Origin: Brachymonas sp.
Lineage (GTDB): Bacteria > Pseudomonadota > Gammaproteobacteria > Burkholderiales > Burkholderiaceae_C
DNA length: 64,000 nucleotides
Assembly (NCBI GenBank): GCA_035906235.1
Contig: JAMIFN010000132.1
Location: 1,542-65,541, forward strand
Reading direction: 5' to 3'
The notes beneath the pieces were generated by a model. The model did no database searches, had not been told where the DNA came from, and was given only the letters and a program-made list of their open reading frames with translations. Of this stretch, positions 48,801-57,953 are shown piece after piece (positions within the stretch are counted from its first letter, which is position 1; the number at the start of each line of letters is the position of its first letter). Both the position numbers and the translations under genes were made by a program.

Positions 48801-49034
48801 ATAAATCAGATTGGGCGTACCGTTGATCTCGCGCTCGAGCATCTCAATCACGGTTTCCTCAATCATCTTGGCGGAGGCGCCTGGGTAGGCCACATTCACC
48901 GTCACGGTCGGTGGCGCCACAGTGGGGTATTGCTCAACCGGCAGGCGGCTCAAACCCAAGGCGCCCACGATCATGACGATGAGCGCAATCACCCAAGCAA
49001 AAACAGGGCGGTCAATAAAGAAACGGGGTAGCAT
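45852..49034 (-). CDS. RND multidrug efflux permease (AcrB/MexB family)
   Basis: 1060 aa, MLPRFFIDRPVFAWVIALIVM N-terminus, 12-TM architecture with two large periplasmic loops. Confidence 0.9.
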   Translation of the reverse strand: MLPRFFIDRPVFAWVIALIVMIVGALGLSRLPVEQYPTVAPPTVTVNVAYPGASAKMIEETVIEMLEREINGTPNLIYMESSSLSNGTGSIALSFEPGTDADAAQIEVQNRIARVQPRLPAIVSQNGVRVDQARTNLLMVVAMLGEKEEDLEAVADYASRTVIPELQRIKGMGQVTMYAAERAMRIWIDPAKLQAYGLSVAEVNAAIREQNAQISAGILGDTPFVSGQTTSATVVAPGQLKTVEEFQHIILRDDGQGATVRLADVARVELGAQSYANGASLNGKPAVMVGLMLSNDGNALSVANEVRTRMADMSKYFPKGMSWKAPYTTDKFVSISIKKVAMTLLEAMALVFLVMFLFLQNWRYTIIPTIVVPIALLGTFSVLQALGYSVNVLTMFGMVLVIGIVVDDAIVVVENVERVMREEGLGPVPATRKAMDQISGAVIGMTLVLISVFVPLTFFSGAVGNIYRQFAVVMASSIAFSGLMALILTPALCATLLKPVPQGEHEKKTGFFGAFNRIFDRNRDRYTGAIGRFLGASMRMAVVYAALLAVGVFVMMRLPSGFIPSEDQGSMFINLQLPPGATLERTAHALAQAEKVLMEQPEVESVVTVKGFSFSGQGQNTAFGFIALKDWSERQGPGQDASSVAGRVTGKLMSLSDGFLLAMNPPAIPALGRISGFALRLQDRNSQGQEALLAARNQLVALAQKSPMLAGVRAEGIEDAPQLQLDINRDVAAAQGVSMAAINTVLSTSLGSTYVNDFPNAGRLQRVIVQAADHARMEVDDIMKLPVLNKKGQTVLLGTVVTAHWISGPMMTVRYNGYPTMRITGSAAPGHSSGDAMAEMERLVTQLPPGFGYEWSGQSREEKLAGNSAIYVYLFAVLAVFLLLAALYESWTIPLAVLLSVPLGLLGVASGVWMRGMESDVYFQIGLVTIIGLSAKNAILIVEFAKDLHATGMTALQAAAHAAHMRFRPILMTSFAFMLGVVPLYFASGASSAAQRAIGTGVFWGMLVGTILAVFFVPTFYVLVRKFFPISGVEQERALEHAKEAGITAVTTGQHEGSSA

Positions 49035-49087
49035 TTTTATAGCCTTTTTCGCGTTTTATGGCGTAATAACTGCCTGAGCAGCTATCA
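49035..49087 (+). repeat. 55-bp dispersed repeat, copy 14 (between the RND adaptor and pump genes)
   Basis: tttttatagcctttttcgcgttttatggcgtaataactgcctgagcagctatc (2 core mismatches). Confidence 0.75.
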
Positions 49088-49113
49088 ATATAGTAGTTAT
49101 CAACACCCGTCTA

Positions 49114-50367
49114 TTAAGACTTCGGAGCGCTGGCTGGCTGCGCGCTACTTGCGCTCGCCGCAGCCGGTGCAGCCAAAGCCGCCCGCTCGTGTTTCAGCAA
49201 GTCTGCGTAGGGTACGGTTTGCACTTTTTCGACGCCAGGCATGAGCTTCATCTGCCCACTCACCAGCACCTGTTCGCCATTGGCCAAGCCGCCGGTCACG
49301 ACCCAGTCTGTCCCCATGCCTTTGGCAATTTGCACGGTGCGCGGCGCAAAGCTGCCGTCTTTGTTGACCACCAGCACCGCATCAGACTGCGCACCACGGG
49401 TTATCGCCTGCTGCGGCACCAAAACGGCGTTGGGCACACTGGCTTGCTCAATCCGCACCTTCACAAATAAGCCGGGCAGCAGCAGGTTTTGCGGGTTAGG
49501 TACTTCGGCACGGAGCTTGACTTGGCCTGTCGCCTCATCCACCGCCATATCGGTAAAGAGCAAACGCCCCGCATTGGGGTAGATGCTGCCATCGTCCAGC
49601 ACCACCTTCACCGCTGCCGCTTCAGCGCCATTGGCACGCTGCAGCGCGCCGGCAGCCAAATCACGGCGCATTTGCAGCACCTGCGCGGCACTTTGCGTGA
49701 AGTTGATGTAGAGGGTTTCGGTTTGTTGCACGCGCGCGACCACCGTGGCATCGTTGGCGCTGAGTAAATCCCCCTCGCTCACCAAAGCGCGGCCGATATG
49801 TCCGCTGATGGGCGCGCTGATGGTGGTGCGATTCAGATTGGTTTGGGCATTGGCCAACTGCGCCTTGGCAGCTTGCAAATCAGCGGCGGCAGCGCGTTCA
49901 GTGGCCAGCACCAAATCAAAATCTTGCTTGCTAACGATGTTTTTCTCTGCCATAGGCTGGTAGCGCTTGAGTTTGGCATCGGCCACGGCCCAATTGGCTT
50001 GGGCTTTGGCCAATTGCGCCTGTGCGGTGGCGGCGCTGTCGGCATAGGTCGAATCATCCATGCGGAAGAGCGCTTGGCCGGCCTTCACCGAGCTGCCCTC
50101 CTCAAACAAGCGTTTGAGCACAACACCGCCAGCGCGTGCGCGCACATCGGCGCTGCGCGAGGCTTCCAGGCGCCCAGGTAACTCAGTGGCTACACCGACA
50201 TCGCCAAGTTGGACCGTCAGCACCCCGACTGTAGGCAAATGCGCCTGCGCCGCCGCAGCGGCAGGTTTACCTGCATCACCTTTAGAGCATGCAGCCAAAA
50301 CAGCCATGGCCAAAGCGGCAAAAACGGACAACGCCGGGCGGAGGGCAGAAGACAAAGCAATAGACAT
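49114..50367 (-). CDS. RND periplasmic adaptor lipoprotein (AcrA/MexA family)
   Basis: Lipobox VLAACS, coiled-coil hairpin region and beta-barrel domain. It lies upstream of the pump gene. Confidence 0.85.
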   Translation of the reverse strand: MSIALSSALRPALSVFAALAMAVLAACSKGDAGKPAAAAAQAHLPTVGVLTVQLGDVGVATELPGRLEASRSADVRARAGGVVLKRLFEEGSSVKAGQALFRMDDSTYADSAATAQAQLAKAQANWAVADAKLKRYQPMAEKNIVSKQDFDLVLATERAAAADLQAAKAQLANAQTNLNRTTISAPISGHIGRALVSEGDLLSANDATVVARVQQTETLYINFTQSAAQVLQMRRDLAAGALQRANGAEAAAVKVVLDDGSIYPNAGRLLFTDMAVDEATGQVKLRAEVPNPQNLLLPGLFVKVRIEQASVPNAVLVPQQAITRGAQSDAVLVVNKDGSFAPRTVQIAKGMGTDWVVTGGLANGEQVLVSGQMKLMPGVEKVQTVPYADLLKHERAALAAPAAASASSAQPASAPKS

Positions 50368-50402
50368 AGATCAATCTTTCAGCATAACTATATGGCGCAT
50401 TT

Positions 50403-50430
50403 TACATACAATCATGTATGTATGTATGTT
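50403..50430. promoter_or_regulatory. candidate TetR operator palindrome overlapping an (ATGT)4 microsatellite
   Basis: tacataca-atca-tgtatgta (8-bp arms), continuing as atgtatgtatgtatgt. It lies in the divergent tetR/adaptor intergenic region. Confidence 0.4.
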
Positions 50431-50472
50431 AAGATTTGAAAAACCTTTCCTTTTTTCATACTTTGAGATTTC

Positions 50473-51111
50473 ATGGTTCGCCGTACCAAAGCCGAAGCCG
50501 AACAGACCCGCCATGCGGTACTGGATGCGGCTGAGCGCCTATTCCATAGCAAAGGGGTGTCGGCTACCAGTTTGGGCGATATTGCGGCGGCGGCTGGGGT
50601 GACGCGTGGCGCGATTTACTGGCACTTTAAAGACAAGGTCGATGTCTTTAACGCCATGATGGAGCGCGTGACCTTGCCCCTAGAGGATTTGGTCGGGACT
50701 GCGGTCAACCAAAGCCAAGGGCATGCGCTGGCCAGCTTGCGCCGCGTGGTGGGCAGCACTATGGCGCGCATGCAAGAGGATGCCCAAATCCGGCAGGTGT
50801 TTGACATTACTCGTAACCGCGCGGCTTATGTGGCCGACATGCAGCCTGTGCACGAACGCTTGATGCGCACCCGCGATGCCTTTATTGCCCATACCCAAAA
50901 GGCCTTGGCTTTAGAGGTTGCGGCACAGCAGCGCCCTTTGTGCCTACCCTTAGAGCAGGCTGCCTTGGTTTTGCATACCCAAATCGACGGCATGATCCAT
51001 TTATGGTTAATGGAGCCTGCAGCCTTTGATCTGCCCAGTATTGGCTTGGCCGCTTTTGATGTAGCGGTGCGTGGTTTGGGTTTGGATCTCATCCACGGCG
51101 ACAGCATTTAA
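50473..51111 (+). CDS. TetR/AcrR-family transcriptional regulator
   Basis: N-terminal HTH (AERLFHSKGVSATSLGDIAAAAGVTRGAIYWHFKDK). It is divergent from the RND operon. Confidence 0.85.
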   Translation: MVRRTKAEAEQTRHAVLDAAERLFHSKGVSATSLGDIAAAAGVTRGAIYWHFKDKVDVFNAMMERVTLPLEDLVGTAVNQSQGHALASLRRVVGSTMARMQEDAQIRQVFDITRNRAAYVADMQPVHERLMRTRDAFIAHTQKALALEVAAQQRPLCLPLEQAALVLHTQIDGMIHLWLMEPAAFDLPSIGLAAFDVAVRGLGLDLIHGDSI

Positions 51112-51136
51112 AGCCAAGCCTCTTGTATTTCTGCCA

Positions 51137-51166
51137 GCCTAACAACGATCGGTATCGGTGTTAGGC
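51137..51166 (+). terminator. extended hairpin downstream of tetR (no T-run)
   Basis: gcctaaca-a-cgat-cggt-atcg-g-tgttaggc. Confidence 0.35.
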
Positions 51167-51264
51167 ACATGCTCAGATGCCCAGCAAACGGGCGCGCCCT
51201 TCCCTAGAAAATACAATAGAAACCTGTGCAAAACCTTTTCCCACCTGCCTTGCCCTATTCCGCC

Positions 51265-53312
<2,048 letters not shown>

Positions 53313-53356
53313 GCTGTCCCCACCCCACCGCCCTGCCCGAGCTGGGCGAAACGGCC

Positions 53357-54100
53357 ATGCTGCGCTACAGCCGCCATTTGCTTTTAGACGCTTGGGGTTT
53401 TGAAGCGCAGCAAGCCATAGCCGGCAAAACTGCCCTGATTCTGGGCTTGGGCGGCTTGGGCTGCGCGGCGGCGCAGGCGCTGGCCAGCGCGGGTGTGGGG
53501 CATCTCGTGTTGGTTGATGGCGATGCGGTCGAGCTGTCGAATCTGCAACGCCAAATCTTGCACGATATGGATAGCCTAGGGCAGGCCAAGGTGGATTCGG
53601 CGCAGCGGCGTTTGGCGGCGATCAACCCCGATATTGCCTACACCACGGTGGCGCAGCGCCTAGACGCGGCAGGCCTGCAAGCGGCCGTGGCGCAGGCCGA
53701 TGTGGTGCTCGATTGTTCCGACAATTTGCCTACGCGCTTGGCGCTGGGCGCCGCTTGCGTGGCTGCAGGCAAGCCCTTGGTTAGTGGCTCGGCGATTCGC
53801 TGGCAGGGTCAGGTTTTTGTCTATCAACCTGGTCAGGCTGCGCCCTGCTACCAGTGCCTATACCCGCAAAGCGGTGCAGACGCGGTGGACATTGCCGATG
53901 AGCCCTGCGCCACCATGGGCGTGTTTGCGCCCTTGGTGCTGCAGGTGGGCAGTTGGCAGGCGGCAGAGGCGCTGAAAATTCTGGCTGGCCTGCCCGTACA
54001 GAGCGGCCGTTTGCATTTATTTGATCTGCTGCACGGGCGCAATCAGCAGATACAAGTGGGCAAGCAAGACGCTTGCCCCGTGTGCGCCTTAAAACCCTAG
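53357..54100 (+). CDS. MoeB/ThiF-family adenylyltransferase
   Basis: RYSRHLLL, GLGGLGCAAAQALASAGVG (Rossmann fold), LSNLQRQ and two CxxC pairs (CYQC, CPVC). An alternative TTG start lies at 53309. Confidence 0.75.
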   Translation: MLRYSRHLLLDAWGFEAQQAIAGKTALILGLGGLGCAAAQALASAGVGHLVLVDGDAVELSNLQRQILHDMDSLGQAKVDSAQRRLAAINPDIAYTTVAQRLDAAGLQAAVAQADVVLDCSDNLPTRLALGAACVAAGKPLVSGSAIRWQGQVFVYQPGQAAPCYQCLYPQSGADAVDIADEPCATMGVFAPLVLQVGSWQAAEALKILAGLPVQSGRLHLFDLLHGRNQQIQVGKQDACPVCALKP

Positions 54101-54858
54101 TCTTGGGCTAGCGCTTCTTGGCGTTTTTTGCGCGCGCGGATGTTCAGCATTTCCACCCCCATCGAGAAAGCCATGGCGGTATAGACATAGGCTTTGGGCA
54201 CATGCACATCAAAGGCTTCAGCCGTGAGCAGCATACCCACCATGACCAAAAAGGCCAGCGCCAATACTTTGACCGAAGGGTGGCTATCGACAAAATCGCC
54301 TATGGGTTTGGCGGCAAACATCATGACGATGACGGCGGCGATGATGGCTGCCGCCATGACGCCTATGTGATCAATCATGCCGACGGCGGTGATGATGGAG
54401 TCGAGCGAAAACACGATGTCGATGACGGCAATCTGCGCAATCACGCTCCAAAACAGTTTTTTGCCTGCGGTTTTGATAGGGGCGTTTTTGGCTTCTTCGG
54501 CTTGATGGTCAGTGCTCAGCTCTCGGGCTTCAACCTCCACAAAAATCTCGTGCGAGGCTTTCCACAACAAAAACAAGCCCCCCGCCAGCAGCACCAAATC
54601 GCGCCCGCTGATGCCTTGGCCGAACAGGTGAAAGAGGTCAGTTTTCAGCGTCATCAGCCAGCCGAGCGAGAACAATAAGCCCAAACGCGTGACCATGGCA
54701 AAAGCCAGGCCGATGCGGCGTCCCAAATCGCGCTGTTCGGCAGGTAGGCGGCTGACCAAAATCGAGATAAAGATGATGTTGTCCACGCCCAAGACAATTT
54801 CCAGCATGGCCAGCATGCCAAAGGCGATCCACATTTGCGGGTCGAGTAAAAATTCCAT
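54097..54858 (-). CDS. TerC-family integral membrane protein
   Basis: LEIVLGVDNIIFISIL and the second repeat DIVFSLDSIITAVGM are typical of TerC/YoaE-type proteins. Confidence 0.8.
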   Translation of the reverse strand: MEFLLDPQMWIAFGMLAMLEIVLGVDNIIFISILVSRLPAEQRDLGRRIGLAFAMVTRLGLLFSLGWLMTLKTDLFHLFGQGISGRDLVLLAGGLFLLWKASHEIFVEVEARELSTDHQAEEAKNAPIKTAGKKLFWSVIAQIAVIDIVFSLDSIITAVGMIDHIGVMAAAIIAAVIVMMFAAKPIGDFVDSHPSVKVLALAFLVMVGMLLTAEAFDVHVPKAYVYTAMAFSMGVEMLNIRARKKRQEALAQD

Positions 54859-54914
54859 AACAAGCTCAAAAAAAGGCTAAGAGGGCGCAATTATGCCAAG
54901 GCAAAATACCCTTA

Positions 54915-54977
54915 AAAAAGCCATTCTTAAAGCCTTGTAGGGCTGTAGGCGGCTAAAAACCTGCCTGAGCAGCTATT
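54915..54977 (+). repeat. 55-bp dispersed repeat, copy 16
   Basis: ...gtaggcggctaaaaacctgcctgagcagctatt (exact core). Confidence 0.8.
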
Positions 54978-55007
54978 AAAATAATAGTGAAAATATTTTC
55001 AGTGCGC

Positions 55008-55028
55008 AAAAAAGGCGCCGTAGCGCCT
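55008..55028 (-). terminator. rho-independent terminator after the reductase gene
   Basis: On the minus strand, aggcgc-tacg-gcgcct followed by T6. Confidence 0.75.
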
Positions 55029-55057
55029 GGTGGGTGAGCGCAGTAGCCAGTTGCCGC

Positions 55058-56104
55058 TTAATCAGGGAATTTGACCGTGACTTGCGCCGAAGTGGGCACG
55101 GATTGGCAAGACAAAATCATGCCGCGCGCCAAATCGCGCTCGCTCAGGGCTTCGTTGTGGCGCATCTGCGCGCTGCCCGATTCGAGCTTGCACATACAGG
55201 TCGAGCACATACCCGCCTGGCAAGAATAGGGCGCTTGGATTTTGTTGCGCAGCGCCGCTTCCAAAATGGTTTCGTTTTCGTTCACATCAACGGTGTAGGT
55301 CTCGCCCCAGAGCTTGATGGTCACTTGCGCACCATCGACCGCGCCCGCTACGGCGCTATGGTCTTGTTCTGCGCCTTCTTCGGGCAGCGAGGCAAAGCGC
55401 TCCACATGCACCGCGTCTGCGGGCAGGCCCGCATCCAGCGCCGCACCTTCGGCTGCGTCCATAAAGGCGCCAGGGCCGCAGATAAACACCTCAGGCTTGT
55501 TCAATTGGGGCAATTGCTCTTGTATCCATTTGGTCAAACCTGAGCGATTGGCAAAACCTTTATCTTGATCCAGCCAATGGATGACTTGCAGGCGCTCCAT
55601 ATGCTCCATAGACAGCTGCTGCAGCTTTTCTAAAAAGATGACGCTGGCCCAATCGCGGTTGGCGTAAAACAAGGTGACTTTGCCCCTGCCGTTTTGTAAG
55701 GCACTGCGCGCGATGGAATACACAGGCGTGATGCCGCTGCCACCAGCAAACAGCAGTTTGTCGCGGTTGGCATCTTTGCTGACAAACAGGCCGCTGGGGG
55801 GCAGCAATTCAATGCTGTCGCCTTTTTTCAAGTTGTCGCAAAGCCAGTTAGAGCCACGGCCATCGGCAATGCGTTTGACCGTCACCCGTGGGCGCAGGTC
55901 TAGGCCGGGCGCAGACGACATGGAATAGCAACGCGGCAGAAATTTGCCCTGGTAAGGCACGCGCAGGGTTAAAAACTGCCCCGATTGGTAGGCAAACTGC
56001 TCGGCCAACTCGGGCGGCACTTCAAAGCTGAAAGATTTGGCCTCGTCAGTCTCGCTGATGACGGAGGCGACTTGGAGGCTGAGGTATTGGGGGGCGGTGC
56101 TCAC
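55058..56104 (-). CDS. FNR-type flavin reductase with C-terminal plant-type 2Fe-2S domain (PaaE/KshB-like)
   Basis: RCYSMSS (FAD RxYS), GGSGITP (NAD) and C-terminal CQAGMCSTC...C. Confidence 0.8.
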   Translation of the reverse strand: MSTAPQYLSLQVASVISETDEAKSFSFEVPPELAEQFAYQSGQFLTLRVPYQGKFLPRCYSMSSAPGLDLRPRVTVKRIADGRGSNWLCDNLKKGDSIELLPPSGLFVSKDANRDKLLFAGGSGITPVYSIARSALQNGRGKVTLFYANRDWASVIFLEKLQQLSMEHMERLQVIHWLDQDKGFANRSGLTKWIQEQLPQLNKPEVFICGPGAFMDAAEGAALDAGLPADAVHVERFASLPEEGAEQDHSAVAGAVDGAQVTIKLWGETYTVDVNENETILEAALRNKIQAPYSCQAGMCSTCMCKLESGSAQMRHNEALSERDLARGMILSCQSVPTSAQVTVKFPD

Positions 56105-56238
56105 GGCGGCTTTACTCTCTGCGAAAACGGCAAAGCGGCGATTTTAGCCAGATGCTGCCCATGCATAATGCGCAGCAGCAAAACACCAAGGCCAGCCCTT
56201 CTAGGCGGCCAGCTCAGAGACCGCAAGAGAGAAGGCCC

Positions 56239-57936
56239 ATGGCAGCAGCGCAAAACACCCAAACCCACCAATCAGCCAGCCCCGTGTACGAGGCGCGGCG
56301 TATTACCAGCGCCGATCAAGAACTGTGGAACGCCAGCGCCGATGTGATTGTGGTGGGCTGGGGCTGCGCCGGCGCCAGCGCCGCTTTAGAAGCAAGGGAG
56401 CAGGGTTTAGAAGTCACGGTGCTTGAACGCTTTGAGGGCGGTGGCGCTAGTCGGCTCTCAGGCGGCATTGTGTATGCGGGCGGTGGCACGCCTTATCAAA
56501 AAGCCGCAGGCTACGAAGACAGTGTGGACAATATGTTCGCCTACCTGAAAAAAGAAAACCAAGGCGTGGTCAGCGACGCCACCCTGCGTCAATTCTGCGA
56601 GCAAAGCGCGGGCAATTTGGCTTGGCTAGAGCAAAACGGCGCGCGTTATGAGGCCAGCTACCTCAAGGTCAAAACCTCTTACCCGCCCAAAGACAAATTC
56701 TTTTACTACTCGGGCAACGAAGCCGTGCCCGCCTACCGCACGGCGGGTTTTGCGCCCGTACCGCGCGGGCATCGCACCTATGGCGCCAATATGTCGGGCG
56801 AGGCGCTGATGGACGCGCTGCAAGCGGCCACGCGCAGCAGCGGCACGAAAGTGATGACGCAAACCGTGGTGCGGCGTTTGGTGGTCGATGCCGCGGGCGC
56901 GGTGGTGGGGGTGGAGTGCTATCAGTTGCCAGCTGGCCACCCGCAAACCCTGCGCCACCAAAAGCTCTCGGCCTCTATCCCCAATTGGCGCAATATCGCC
57001 CCGCCCTTGGCGCAGAAAAAACGCAATGAGCAAGCACAGATTGAAGAAGCGCTGATCGCCAGCGGTGCCGCCAAACCGCAGCTGATTCGCGCGCGCAAAG
57101 GCGTGGTGCTGGCCACGGGTGGCTTTATCTTCAATTTAGACATGGTGGCGCAGCACGCGCCGCATTTTTCCCAGGCTTTTTTGCTGGGCACGGCTGGGTG
57201 CGACGGCAGCGGCATTCGTCTGGGGCAAAGCATCCAAGGCACAACAGGGCAGATGCACAATTTCTCGGGCTGGCGTTTTATTACCCCGCCCGTGGTTTGG
57301 CCGCGTGGCATCGTGGTCAATACCCAAGGCGCGCGCTTTTGCAATGAACAGGTTTATGGCGAGCGCCTGGGCCACGAAATGATGGAACACCAAGGCGGCA
57401 AAGCCTGGCTGATTTTGGACAAACGCTTGCTGCGTTCGGCCTGGCGCGAATGCGTGACGGGCGGCTGGTGGTATTTTCAGTGGCTGCCCGCCATGCTGAG
57501 CATGTTGCTGGCCAAAAAAGCCGCCACGCCCGAGGCCTTGGCTGCCAAAATTGGCGCTGACCCAGGGACTTTGCGCCGCGAAATCGATGCCTACAACGCT
57601 GCAGCGGCAGCGCCCAGTGGCGACGAGCTGCAGCCCAGCGACCCACAGGGCAAAGCGCCCGATATGTGCCAAGCGCTGGATGCCGCGCCGTATTACGCTG
57701 TTGATATTTCTGTCACATCGCCTACTTTGCCCATGGCCGCCATCACCTTGGGTGGCCTTAAGGTGAGTGAAGAAAGTGGGCGCGTGCTCACAGCCAATGG
57801 CGCGGAAATACAGGGCTTGTATGCCGTCGGGCGTGCGGCTGTGGGCATTCCCTCGGCGCGTTATATCAGCGGCTTGTCGCTGGCCGATTGTGTGTTTTCG
57901 GGGCGCCGCGCGGCACGGCATGCCGCCGGACACTAA
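56239..57936 (+). CDS. FAD-dependent oxidoreductase (KstD / fumarate-reductase flavoprotein-like)
   Basis: DVIVVGWGCAGASAALEAREQG dinucleotide fold and the C-terminal GLYAVGRAA motif. The start is trimmed to the ATG at 56239. Confidence 0.7.
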   Translation: MAAAQNTQTHQSASPVYEARRITSADQELWNASADVIVVGWGCAGASAALEAREQGLEVTVLERFEGGGASRLSGGIVYAGGGTPYQKAAGYEDSVDNMFAYLKKENQGVVSDATLRQFCEQSAGNLAWLEQNGARYEASYLKVKTSYPPKDKFFYYSGNEAVPAYRTAGFAPVPRGHRTYGANMSGEALMDALQAATRSSGTKVMTQTVVRRLVVDAAGAVVGVECYQLPAGHPQTLRHQKLSASIPNWRNIAPPLAQKKRNEQAQIEEALIASGAAKPQLIRARKGVVLATGGFIFNLDMVAQHAPHFSQAFLLGTAGCDGSGIRLGQSIQGTTGQMHNFSGWRFITPPVVWPRGIVVNTQGARFCNEQVYGERLGHEMMEHQGGKAWLILDKRLLRSAWRECVTGGWWYFQWLPAMLSMLLAKKAATPEALAAKIGADPGTLRREIDAYNAAAAAPSGDELQPSDPQGKAPDMCQALDAAPYYAVDISVTSPTLPMAAITLGGLKVSEESGRVLTANGAEIQGLYAVGRAAVGIPSARYISGLSLADCVFSGRRAARHAAGH

Positions 57937-57953
57937 AGCCCAAGGGGGTAGCC

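Noticed and set aside
54859-55057. A yybP-ykoY-type Mn riboswitch upstream of the TerC-family gene.
   Set aside because: No conserved riboswitch segments were recognisable. The region is occupied by a 55-bp repeat copy and the terminator of the neighbouring gene.
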